Source of the DNA: Chiloscyllium plagiosum
Taxonomy: Eukaryota
Direction: 5' to 3'
Assembly (NCBI RefSeq): GCF_004010195.1
Contig: NC_057719.1
Span: 56,903,187-56,967,186 of the forward strand
Length of the DNA stretch: 64,000 nt
How positions within the stretch are numbered: position 1 is the first letter of the stretch; the number at the start of each line of letters is the position of its first letter. The position numbers were made by a program, and so were the translations under genes. Below the pieces are notes generated by a model. The model saw only the letters and a list, made by a program, of their open reading frames with translations. It was not told the origin of the DNA and made no database searches. Positions 1 through 11,547 of this stretch are shown piece by piece.

Positions 1-769
1 TCAACAGAAGTGTTTACTCTTGAAAGATTAAGATACTTGCAACAGTAAGATGATAATAGATGATACAAGATATATATGGGGATGCATACTCTGAAAAGGA
101 GGCAGATAATATTCTGTAGGGTTATTATCTAAAAGATAATATCCTAAGATAGAAATAGAGACCACAGCAGGTTAGTGCAGAGGAGAAATGGGCTGATGTG
201 CATCAGGTTGCGTTGCTGGTAGCATACAGACAGATGGTGTTATGGGTAGCACATGAACTACCTGTAGATGGTCACCTAGGGGTACGAAAGACTCAGAGTA
301 AGGTACAAAAACATTTTTATCAACATCCACCAGAGGAAATACTCCACAATCAAAAAGGAACTATTGAGTTTGGTGCTGGCCTTCCAACATTTTAATGTGT
401 AGGTCATGAACAATGTGTCAGCGACGGTTGTGTACACGGATCACAATCCGCTTACATTCTTAGAACATTTTAAAGACAAGAATATGAGACTATTTCATTG
501 GAGTCTTATGTTACAGACTTTTAATGTAAAAATCATACATGTTGCAGGTCATAAGAATGTAATCGCAGGTGCGTTATCGTGGATTTAACTGATAATGTTT
601 AGATGAGATTTGTATTTATTTAATGTTTTGTATCTATACAGGTATATGGGAATAAGTTAAGGTGAGCTTATATAAAATTTATTTGTATGTTAAGGTAATG
701 TATTTTAAAAAAAAGAAAAAAGAAGCCATCTTTTCATTATGATGGTTCATTTTTTTCTTAAGGGGGAGG
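1..769 (+). mobile_element. Internally deleted Gypsy-superfamily (Gmr1-like) LTR retrotransposon, pol remnant plus polypurine tract
   Basis: Integrase zinc-finger start (VAHELPVDGHLGVRKTQSKVQKHFY) is fused at about 320 to an RNase H end (HQRKYSTIKKELLSLVLAFQHF...VYTDHNPLTFL...KNVIAGALS, stop at 588). PPT AAGGGGGAGG at 760-769. Confidence 0.8.
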
Positions 770-1391
770 TGTTATGAAGATGTGAGTGGACTCTACCTTT
801 AAGAAAGTTATTAGCTAGTAGAACTATCTGACAGAACCAAGTGTTCTGAAAAGAAATGTAACATTTGATCAAACAACTTGATTAGCTGGTTGCCTGGAGA
901 CAAAAACAGATTCGAATTCGGCCGATCATTTTAAATTATATCCCCAAAAAATACCAATTCCAATCAAGTTTGAAATCAGTATCGTGACAAGCTTAAAAGC
1001 CAATGACCCAATCTGGGGGTATAAGATTGGGGAAAATTGAACTGTTGGGAGGAGAACTGCCAAACCAGCATGTGGAGACTGGCCAAAAAAACCTTTCTTA
1101 AAAGTACCTTTATGATCAGTAATCTGGAAAGCAGAATCCCCAAGAAGAAAAGAAGACCGGAATAGAGAGGAGAACTGAAAGCTGCCTGGTTTTGAGATAA
1201 GGAGTCTTGTTTTGTAAATCTTAATCTGGGGTTTTATCAGACTAGTATTGTTGAAGGGGAAGGCGAAAGATAGATTAGAGAAAGGACTTGTAAATAGCTG
1301 TTAGTTAATTATTCTCTGTCATACTTTAAGAAATAAAGTTGTTAATTTTTACTTGGCCTTAGCCTCTCAAAGTTTCACAGATTACTGCACG
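770..1391 (+). mobile_element. 3' LTR of the Gmr1-like element (right end truncated, boundary approximate)
   Basis: Starts TGTTA immediately after the PPT. TATAA near 1020, AATAAA near 1332. Abuts CR1 sequence. Confidence 0.65.
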
Positions 1392-1399
1392 TTGAGCTG

Positions 1400-4200
1400 C
1401 TAGAGATGGGGGAAGGTAGTAACCGAGTATTTTGTATCAGTGTTTACTGTGGAGAAGGATGTGGAAATACAGAATGTGGGGAAATAGAGGGAGACATCTT
1501 GAAAAATTTCCACATTACAGAGGTGGTGGTGCTGAATGTCTTAAAACACTTAAAGGTGGATAAATCCTCAGGACCTGAACAGATACACCCGCGAATTCTG
1601 TGGGATGCGATTGTTAGGCCCCTTGCTGAGATATTTGTATTATCAATAGTCACGGATGAGGAGCAAGGAAGACTGGAGTTGGCTAAGTGGTAAGGAAAAG
1701 CCAGGGAACTATAGACCGGTGAGCCTGACGTTGATGGTGGGCAGGTTGTTGGAGGAAATCCTGAAGGACAGGATTTACATGTATTTGGAAAGACAATGAC
1801 TGGTTAAAGATAGTCAACATGGCTTTGTGTGTGGGAAATCATGTCTCATTAACTTGATTGAGTTTCTTTAAGTAGTAATGAAGGGGACTGATGAGGGCAG
1901 AGCGGTGGACATGATCTATTTGGACGTCAATAAGGCATTTGACAAGGTTCCTCACGGTAGACTGGTAAGCAAGGTTAGATCTCATGGATTACAGGGAGAA
2001 CATTTAGATACAGAACTGGCTCGAAGATAGAAGACAGAATGTGATGTTGGAGAGTTGTCTTTCAGATTGGAGGACTATGACCAGTGGTATGCCATGAGAA
2101 TCGGTGCTGGGTCCGCTTCTTTTTGTCATTTATATAAACGATTTGAATGTGAACAAAGGAGGTATAGGTACTAAGTTTGCAGATGACACCAAATTGGAGG
2201 TGTCGTGAACAGCGAAAGAAGTTACCTCAGAGTACAATAGGATCCTGATCAAATGGGCCAATGGGCTGAGGAGTGGGAGATGGAGTTTAATTTAGATAAA
2301 TGTGAGGTGCTACACTTTGGAAAGGCAGATCATAGCAGGACTTCTATACCTCATGGTAAGATCCAGGGGAGTGAATAAGGAGACCTTGGAGTACAGGTTC
2401 ATATTCTTTGAAAGTGGAGACACAGGTAGATAGGATAGTAAAGAAGGTGTTTAGCACATAAGAACTAGAAGCAGGAGTAGGCCATCCGACCCTTTGAGCC
2501 TGCTCTGCCATTCAATAAGATCATGGCTAATTCTGTCATGGATTTAGTTCCACTTACCCACGCTCTCACTGTATCCCTTAATTCCTTTATTTTTCAAAAT
2601 AAACCTTAGCATTAGAAGTGTTTACTGAAGTATGAAGTAGCTTCAACTACTTCCCTGGGCAAGGAATTCCATAGATTAACAACCCTCTGGGTGAAGAAGT
2701 TCCTTTTCAATTCAGTCCTAAATCTGCTCCTCCTAATTTTGAGGCTATGCCCTCTTGTCCTAGCTTCACTTGCTAGTGGAAACACCCTATATAATTTACT
2801 TTATCGATTTCCTTCATAATTTTAAATGTTTCTATGAGATCCTCCCTCATTCTTCTGAATTCCAATTAATATATTCCCAAACTACTTAGTCTCTGCTCAT
2901 AAACCAACCCCCTAAACTCCAGAATCAATCTAGTGAAACTCCTTTGCACCCTCTCCAGTGTCAGCAAATCCTTGCTCAAGATTGACAAAAACAGCACACA
3001 GTACTCCAGGTGTGGCCTTAACAGCACCTTGCATTCCTGCAATATTACCTCTCTACTTTTAATCTCAACCCCTTTAGCAATGAAGGACAACATTCCATTT
3101 GCCTTCCTAATTACTTTATGTGCCTGCAGATCAATCTTCTATGATTCATGCACAAAGCCACAGAGGTCCCTCTACATAGAAACATGCTGCAACGTTTTAC
3201 CATTCAAGTAATAATCTTTTTCACTGTTACTTCTATCAAAATGTATGACTTCACATTTATTAACACTGTATTCCATCTGCCAGATCTTTGCCCACTCACT
3301 CAGTATATCCATGTTCCTCTGCAAAGTTTCACAGATCTCTGCACTTTGCTCTACCACTCATCTTAGTGTCATCTGCAAACTTTGACATCATACACATGGC
3401 CCCCAACTGCAAATCATCTAAATAAATTGTAAATAATTGCGGTCTCAACATTGACCCCTGAGGCACATCACTCCTCATTGTTTGCCAGCCAGAATAGCAC
3501 TCATTTATCCCCACTGTTTGCTACCTATTAGTCAACTAATCCTCCATCCATGCTAATACTATGCCCCAATGCCTATTCTTTCCCTTATTGGTCAGAGTAT
3601 TGAGTATTGGAGTTGGGAGGTCAAGTTGCAGCTGTACAGGACATTGGTTAGGCCACTTTTGGAATATTGTGGATAATTCTGATCTCCCTCCTATCTGAAA
3701 GATGTTGTGAAACTTGAAAGGGTTCAGAAGAGATTTACAAGTTGCCAGGGTTGGAGGAATTGAGCTATGGGGTGCGGCTGAATAAGCTGTGACTGTTTTC
3801 TCTGGATCGTCGGAGGCTGAGGAGTGATCTTATAGAGGTTTATAAAATCATTAGGGGCATGAATAGGATAAATAGACAAGGTCTTTTCCTTAAGTTGGGG
3901 AAGTCCAGAGTGAGGGGGCATAGGTTTTGGGCAAGGGGGGAAAAATTTAAAAGGGACCGGAGGGGCAACTTTTTCACGCAGAGGGTGGTGCGTGTATGGA
4001 ATGAGCTGCCACAGGAAGTGGTGGAGGGTGGTACAATTACAACATTTAAAAGGTATCTGGATGGGTATATGAATAGGAAGGGTTTAGAGGGATATGGGCC
4101 AAGTGCTGGCAAATGGGACTAGATTAGGTTAGGATAGCTGTTCAGTATAGATGAATTGGACCAAAAGATCTGTTTCCATGCTGTACATCTCTATGATTCT
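1400..4200 (+). mobile_element. CR1 LINE ORF2 and 3' end (decayed), split by a nested opposite-strand CR1
   Basis: RT motifs (NYRPVSL, KAFDKV, KFADDTK) at 1400-2455 resume at about 3575 and run to the 3' tail (...ctgtacatctctatgattct). Confidence 0.9.
2456..3572 (-). mobile_element. Nested 5'-truncated CR1 LINE of a different subfamily
   Basis: Minus-strand RT fragments (VPQGSML, SKFADDTK, RPHLEYCV) and a distinct tail (ggcctactcctgcttctagttcttatg). Confidence 0.88.
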
Positions 4201-4809
4201 AAGCCAAGTCCAAGCACCAACAGCCACAATTAAAAGTGCACAACAGCAGATACGTCATTTGTCAAAAAACATACTGATATGTATCTGATCTAAAGATAAC
4301 TCTGCAACATACATAGATGCCCAGAAAGTCACTTGGGGCAATGAGCTCTGTTATTAAACAAACATGACAACACGCATTTCATTCCAAACAAAATGGGCAA
4401 AGAAAGCATTGCTAGTTGTTCCTACATCTAAATTCCTGTGAAATTTAATGAAATAACAAGAAAAAAGTTATGGGAAATAACGATCTCACAAGTCATTGAG
4501 ACCATAATGAACCAGCCAGAAAAGTAACATGCAATAACATTGGTAAGAAGACCTTAAGAAACCAGACATTAATCATGATGCACCTAAACAATCAGAGAAT
4601 ATGATGCACTGCCTGATGTTCAGGGACCCCAGTGATAATGCAGAGATAGTGGCAAGCAAGAGTTAATAAGCAATAACTTTTATCTATACACCTTATTGCT
4701 AAAGGAATATTGACTTTAGCCAACAACACATATCAAAGACAGTGCCACAGTGGGCCAGGGGGCATAAGCTAGTGATTGAAGTGGATTCTTTACAACTATC
4801 TTTGCTAAA

Positions 4810-5015
4810 CAAAACACAGAAAATGCTGGAGAAGCTCAGTAGGGTTGGCACCATGTGTAGAGAGAGAAATAGAGTTGACATTTTGATTCTGAACCAAACT
4901 GAAGAAATGGCGTATCAGGCTTGAAACATTAACTGTGTTTCCCTCTGCACAGATGCTGCTAGACCTGTCGAGTTTCTCTCTCATTGCTTTTTTTCAGATT
5001 TCCAACATTCACAGT
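4810..5015. repeat. Old palindromic Penelope-derived short element with decayed hammerhead-like core
   Basis: Inverted arms aaatgctggagaagctcag.. and ..gatgctgctagacctgtcgagtttctc. Central CTGAAGA...GAAACATT at 4899-4930. Confidence 0.55.
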
Positions 5016-5802
5016 CATTTATTTTTATTACTTTTGTTAAGAAACCCATTTTTGTACTAATCTGGTTAACCAAATTAATTCTGTGAATCTTGTAAAGAAA
5101 AGCCTCCACCTGGCATGTTAGTAACTAGTTGGAATCCATTATCCTCTTCTGAATATTGATTTGCCCAGCTCACTCGAGAATTATAATTGACTTAAATCTT
5201 ACATTTCAGTTAATGCAAACTCCAGATCTTCCATTTGCATCATGTCGAGACCTACATGCAGCATTTATTTGCATCAAGATGACATTTCTATTCATTACTA
5301 AGTGCAGATTAACCAATTCAATTAAAATTGTTTGACTCCTATAAAATGTACAGGACACTTCGATGAGCAGCATAATTCTTTCTTGCTTGGCACAAAGTGA
5401 ATATCAAATATTGGCAAGCGATGCATCAAGAGAAGATGTATGGTGAAATAGACATTCACCACTTCAACTTTTTGCGAAACATTGTATATCTAAATGGCCT
5501 CTTTGAATGAGATGACAGCTCAAAAGTTCAGTAAATATCCCAGACACATGACACATTGACAGTACATTAAATAGCTGCATAAGAGAGAAGATTCTCACTA
5601 CATCAAGGTGGATGGAATTTGGATTCACTTTTAGAAATCAGAGGAGATCCACATCATCATAACTTATATCAATCCAAAGCTAGAGTTATTTACATTGAAA
5701 TTCATAAATTTATTTCAAAGGTGAAGTAGGTCATGCAGTTTATTAACAAAAACAATACACCTTAAAACTTGAACAGAAATACCACAGTGAGTAAATACTT
5801 AC

Positions 5803-6019
5803 CCTCAAATTTTCGTCCATCATATTGGAAAGCATTGAAAGAATCCGAATGGCTGTCAGAACTAATGAGATCACTACTTCCAGCACTGGCCGGGGAAGTC
5901 CATTCGGATGGGATGCCTGGGTCATCTACTGGTCTGGTCTGGTTCTGTCGGTTCAACAAATCAGGAAGATCTTTTGGCACTTCCAAACTACCAGGACTAC
6001 TTCCTCTTCTCAAAACATT
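5803..6019 (-). CDS. RALGAPA1: RALGAPA1 exon [20 protein letters not shown]...FQYDGRKFE, 217 nt, phase 0 to 1
   Basis: Acceptor ttgtattag|AAT and donor GAGG|gtaagt. Highly conserved peptide. Confidence 0.96.
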
Positions 6020-6805
6020 CTAATACAAAAAAAATTATGTTTTTTTTTACCACTTTCAAATTGATATAGCTGGCATAGCTTTATTATGTTCCAGCTGAGG
6101 ATGAAAATAAATCTAATAAGATAATTTATTGATTTAATAATCAATTCAGTGATTTTTTATGATATTTAAAAAGGAGTGTTATAAATCGAAGTAATTATTA
6201 TTAATAGTGTTAACTGCTTCAGTTGCAACAATTTTCACCTTCAGACCTGTTGGTCAATAACTCATTCAATGGCTCCCTGGTTTAACTTCAATAACAAGGT
6301 AGCACTACAACACAAACCGTCAGATAAATTTGCAAAAGCACTGTTTGGAACTAAATCAAGTTATAACAAAACCAATTCATGTGCATTGATTTGAAATGTG
6401 GAACCGTAATAAAATTTTAACTTGGACTTTAAGTGAAGGAATCCATTGGCTTAGTGGGTAAACATTGCAGATCACTGCAATATTAATTGTTAATGTCAGA
6501 AAAGGTCAGATTCAGAATCTTTGATCTATATTGAATTATTTATTCTTGGTTATAATTTACAGGTGCTCATTATTCCTTGTGCATGATTTAGGTAGAATTG
6601 ACAAAATGCTCAAAAATGTATTATATTCTTGGAAGTTGCCCAGAAAAACTAAGCATCTCCAGAGCAAAAAAGATGAGACAAAAGATCAACTTATAAAGTT
6701 GGAGTATCAATATTGCATGTTAAAAAGAGCTCTACTTGCTATGCTTTAAAATCATTAGCAAGAAATAGAAATAAAAGTACAGGCACAGGAGACTGCTGTA
6801 TTACT

Positions 6806-6965
6806 CGGAGAAAGTGAGGACTGCTGATGCTCGAGAGTCAGAGTCGAAACATGTGGCACTGGAAAAGCACAGCAAATCAGGCAGCATCTGAGGAGAAGGA
6901 CAGTCAACGTTTTGGACATAAGCCCCTTGGATGCTGCTTGACCTGCTGTGCTTTTCCAGCACCAC
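6806..6965. mobile_element. Palindromic Penelope-derived short insertion with 14-bp TSD
   Basis: TSD actgctgtattact (6792-6805) and actgttgtattact (6966-6979). Inverted arms of about 37 bp. Confidence 0.75.
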
Positions 6966-7732
6966 ACTGTTGTATTACTGCCAACTAAACAAAGTGTTAT
7001 GGTCCACAACAAAATAAGCAACATAGTAGGCTAACAGATTACACAAATTTTTTAAAAGAAAAAGTAATATTATTTTTGTATCTGAGATTTTGGGTTGGAG
7101 AGAATAAATAATTTTCAATCTCTAAAGTTGTCTGCATTTCTTTTTACGAAATATAAGTATTGTTCTATAAAAATAGAAAATAAGCATAAAAACAAATCAA
7201 TTTTTGATATGAGTGGATCATTCAAAATTTCAATTTTGTCAATTTGAATCACTTCAAGTTATTTTTAATTTCTACCTTCTTTTGCTAACTTTGTTCCCGA
7301 CCTGTTAAAGGCACTTGATTACTTCTCAACATGGTCTATTTTCTGACATGATGTCCATTTGGACAGGACAATATTAACTCTTAAAAACTGAAAAACATCC
7401 AATGGCTAAGTTTGCTGTCCATTTTTTATGTTGCACTAAAACAAATAAATGAATGACAATTACACACTTAATAAACATGAATTGCATTTTCATGTTCTCA
7501 CTATTAGCACTTCCATTGAGCACATTCCATGAGTCATTGATTGGAATGATTACATAAGCGGCTCCACCAGAATTTAAAAATATCCTGCGAGTAAATCTTC
7601 TGGAGTTTACTAAAATTTGCTACTTTCACTAACGACCAATTAATATCAATTTTGAGAAAAGCAGTGTATAGCGACAGCTAATTGTTTACATAATATGATC
7701 ATGTGAAAAAAAAGTTGCTGAATCATACTCAC

Positions 7733-7741
7733 TTCTTCATG
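7733..7741 (-). CDS. RALGAPA1: Candidate 9-nt microexon (His-Glu-Glu), phase 0 to 0
   Basis: ctcttttcTGCaaccaag|CATGAAGAA|gtgagt. Consensus donor, about 50 nt of AG-free pyrimidine-rich sequence upstream, a UGC near the acceptor, and frame-neutral in a phase-0 intron. Confidence 0.5.
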
Positions 7742-7840
7742 CTTGGTTGCAGAAAAGAGTAATGTAGAAAGTATACATAATAGAAGGAATTGCAACTAGT
7801 AGCTATAAAATGCACAAGACAAGAAAGTAAGCGGACTTAC

Positions 7841-7965
7841 CACAGAAGTGCCAGTTCGTAATCGTTCTGCTATAAACTCATCCATAAGATCACTGATGTT
7901 GGGATTACTATTGCCAATATCAGTGCTGAAGGGTCGGGGTTTTTGATTAGGGTCTTCCTTGTTGA
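7841..7965 (-). CDS. RALGAPA1: RALGAPA1 exon (V)NKEDPNQK...[17 protein letters not shown], 125 nt, phase 1 to 0
   Basis: Acceptor gctttcag|TC and donor GTG|gtaagt. Conserved [12 protein letters not shown]. Confidence 0.95.
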
Positions 7966-8756
7966 CTGAAAGCAAATAAGGCATTTAAATCACAATAACA
8001 CAACTTTGTAATCAACAAAGAAACATAATAAATGTACTGATCAAAGCAATAAAAGGAAATTAGCATTGCAAGGGTTACTTGCCCAATCATGCAGTTCCCC
8101 AAGATCTGAAGTGTCCTAACCTTACTGTATGCATTAGAAGTAATCTCAAATTAGCATTAGCATACTTTACATTAAAAGATTAGTAGAGGTTAACAATTTT
8201 TAATCTTTGATGAAAGAGGAATTTTATTACACAGTCTAAACTGTCAACATATTTTTACTCAATATACAATAAATTATTTTTCTACTACCATACTTTAAAA
8301 TGTTTTCATTTTAACTGGTTTCATTGTGCAATTTTATTTCCGTGAAAGTCAAAAGGTGAAATACACCTTTACAAACACATGTAACTTCTCAATGCAAGAC
8401 TCTACGAGGACATTATACTTGAAAAGTCTGTCCCCTCGTGCTGAAAATGTTTAAAATAATCTAAAAAGGATAAATGCAAATTCATCTTGCTACCATAACC
8501 AACCACAAACAATTTCACTGTCAAAGATTAACAACTGAAAACCTGCATACATAAAAGGGAGACATTAGTATAGGTTTGGAGGGTGGGCAGGGGTAAACAA
8601 AATATTTGCCAGGACATACCAGCTAATTAAAAATGCATGCAAGACCAATAAAGAAAAAGCAGTGATCATTTCCAAGCTGTTTGATTGCTTAAAGCTTTTC
8701 AGTTGCATCAAGCCAAACAGGTGCTCCTTGGTGCGTTGCACACTGTTAGTGCTCAC

Positions 8757-10340
8757 CTGCAACTTTCCTTCCAAAATATCCCAAAACATGACTGTAAAGA
8801 TCCCTCAGTGGAGCCTCTGCTGGTACTTTTCTCTGCCTCTGTGGGGAAACATTTGCTTTCGACTTTGAAAAAGCGTGTACAACAGTTCTGTAAACACCAC
8901 CGAGGGAACTCTGTTGCTGTATTGGTTCCTGTAAGCTACATGACCTAAGTGTTCCATGACCAATTCCCTGACTATCACCTGTACTTCCCTTCAGCACTGG
9001 AGTACTTGCAGCAGTAATCAATGTTGACTTCCGATTCTTATATTCATTATGAGAAACTCTAGTGTCAAGAGGTCTATAGACACCAGGTTTCACTGAATCA
9101 GTTGGTGCAGAAGAGCCACTGCTGAAACCACCAAGTCTTCGAAGTCTCAACTTCCAATGAGCTTCCTTACTGTCCAACTGACTGTGGAATTGTACAGACT
9201 CAGTAGATGGCCTAAAACTAACATGCATATTGTTATTTTTTTTCTTATTTGCTATGCTCAAGTACTGCAGTTCTGGTGTTGCTGCAACAGTGATTTCTTG
9301 GTTAGCTGAAGACTTTTGTGCACTTAAAGCTTTAAGTGGGTCAGTAATTGTGGTGCTGTGTGGAAACGTATTTGAATACATGCTATATGCTTCAGTTATC
9401 CTATTAAGTTGTACAATTGCAGAGGTTTGGCAAGAGGCATCAGCTAGCTGTTTCCTTTTAAATTGCTGATCTGTTGATGCTACCACTTTTCTACCGTCTA
9501 CCTCAGTTGCCATCTGGCGAATAAGAACTTTTTGCCTCTGTCTGAAATCTGGATTTTCTGATGTCATTTGTGATGAAATTCCCTGTTCAAAGCTTTCAAG
9601 TGGCATGTTATTTTGCTGTTCAATACTAGTCTCTGGCAACTGCTTTTCTTTACCAGAAAATGTAGTAATACTCAAATAATCATCTTCTAAATATGGAACA
9701 GAACTTTCCAGGTCCTGTACTTTTACCTGTATTTCAGTGTTTCCTCCCAAAATCTTATCTTGACTACTAGTATCGCACATTTTTACTTGCCTTATATAGT
9801 CTAGATCGGTCTCACCTACCATTAACTCAACATTTTCATTTAAGGAAATGTCATTTGCATCCTCTCCCGATTTATGTTTGGTGTGTTCCATTTCTTCAGT
9901 AGACTCATTAAAATATTTGCATATGGAAGATAGCAAATCTGCCTCACTATCATCTACTGTGTGTTGACTGCAATCATAATAGGAAGTTATTGTTTCTATA
10001 TCCCCTACAAGATGACAAAGATGATCATAAATATTATCACCAACTTCCAGAGAATGTTCTGTACTGTGCGCATCTGTGAAGTGACTTTCAGTGGACCTAG
10101 ATAACGAGAACACCTCAGCAGAACTTTGCAAACTTGAAGGAACTGATGAGCTGTCAATGACAGGAACTGCACCTTTAGCTCGTTCAGCTATGAACGGTTC
10201 CATTATATCAGATGTGCTGCTGCTTCGTGGCATTGGCTGCTCTTCACGTACAGTGCTAAATACTTCAGAGGTGTTTTCTTCACTCTGAGAATAATGCCTT
10301 ATTCGAGTAGGCCGGGCCAAAATTTGGGCATCATCAAGAT
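8757..10340 (-). CDS. RALGAPA1: RALGAPA1 exon, long form (1584 nt; adds 472 aa)
   Basis: Uninterrupted ORF (8746-10356) ends at a strong donor GCAG|gtgagc, in the same phase as the internal donor. Contains the motifs [13 protein letters not shown] and [18 protein letters not shown]. Confidence 0.88.
10173..10340 (-). CDS. RALGAPA1: RALGAPA1 exon, short form: (D)LDDAQIL...[18 protein letters not shown], 168 nt, phase 1 to 1
   Basis: Acceptor ttttcaag|AT. The internal donor AAAG|gtgcag joined to the 7965 acceptor gives ERAK-VNKED, the junction recalled for the canonical protein. Confidence 0.85.
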
Positions 10341-11403
10341 CTTGAAAATAAACCACAATTAATGGTTATAATTTGGAGAAATTGGAATTTCCAGCAAGAC
10401 ATACCATAACCAGCCATCCCTTGCATGTGTACAAATCAGCTCAGGACAAAATATCAAGCTTAACAAATGGAAAGGTGAATGCCACAAATTCTGTACATCA
10501 ATTCTGACCAAAGACAACCATAATTGCAATAATTGTAAAATAAAGGTTAAATGCTATCCCACATATCCAATGTCAATTCTTTGAACTACATATTCAGATA
10601 TTATAATCAACATGCCAGCCTCAGAATTGTTTGGTTAAATGGAAGAGCATTGAATTAACATGCAAGACTTGTTTTATTTGCTTGAAAAAGGGAATTTTCA
10701 TTATTTACAGGAAACCTTTAAAGGCTTGTGACAAACAAGGAATCATAGAAACATAAAAATCAAACTATTAGACAAATTAATTTAAACTATATTTATTTTC
10801 ACACTTATTTACAATCTCCCCAACTTGTGATTTCTTAACCCAACTTACTTTTGTTAGTATTACACTCTGCTGATAGGCTTTACTGAGAAATTATTATTTA
10901 CATTTTAGTAGGAGTGGGAAAAAGGGAAATACACATACATATATCCAATTGTCCATTTTTCCTAATCCTATTAAAATGTTTGCTTCTACTTTTGTTTGAA
11001 GTTCTAAAATACCGTGTATGAAGTTTTTATTTCCACTGATGTTGCTAGAGTTAGTTCTTTATGCTCTTCCTTGTTTTTATTTCAGATTTCTAACATTGGC
11101 AACATTTCCTAAAAATCTGATTTTTGCAGTATGCAATCATTCAAGTAAGGAGATGGTTAAGAACATAATACAGTAAAACAGAGGCTGGCTATTTATAGAG
11201 GTAACATTTGTGTCAGAAAGCAAACAATATTAATCCTGTAATTTGTTTCCCAATTTCTAGCACAAATCAGCTTCGTAACAAATTAAAATTTTTCTATTTT
11301 GTACCATTTTACAAGACCCATTAATTATTACGTAGTTAGAAAAGCCAAGCAAGCAACAAGACGAATGGTAAATAGGCACAGCAAGTAAGCAGAGCTGAAC
11401 TAC

Positions 11404-11547
11404 CTGAAAGTTCATCAAAAAAGGGGGTGAGGACTAAGTCAAGCAGGTAAGGATTGGAAGAAGTATGGAGCAGAACAGGTGCACTTTTAGCATTGCGCAT
11501 AGAGGCCGATGTACAAACACAATCACCAATGGATCGGCTTCCGATGG
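11404..11547 (-). CDS. RALGAPA1: RALGAPA1 cassette exon (A)IGSRSIGDCVCTSASMRNAKSAPVLLHTSSNPYLLDLVLTPFFDELS, 144 nt, symmetric phase 1
   Basis: Poly-U tract with acceptor tttaaag|CC and donor TCAG|gtagtt. Open frame and a multiple of 3. Resembles a recalled optional mammalian segment (RSRSIG...AKSAPVL...DELS). Confidence 0.85.

Noticed and set aside
5769..6064. Plus-strand ORFs antisense to exons (also 9230, 10091, 33241, 49924, 57042)
   Set aside because: Antisense shadows of coding exons with no independent support.
7733..7802. 70-nt exon using the TAG acceptor at 7803, or a 108-nt extension of the 7841 exon
   Set aside because: The first needs a 38-nt intron and shifts frame. The second contains an in-frame stop at 7796. 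The 9-nt microexon fits better.
8746..10356. 536-aa ORF as a standalone or nested novel gene
   Set aside because: It is bounded by splice sites, and its N-terminus is RALGAPA1 sequence in phase with neighbouring exons.
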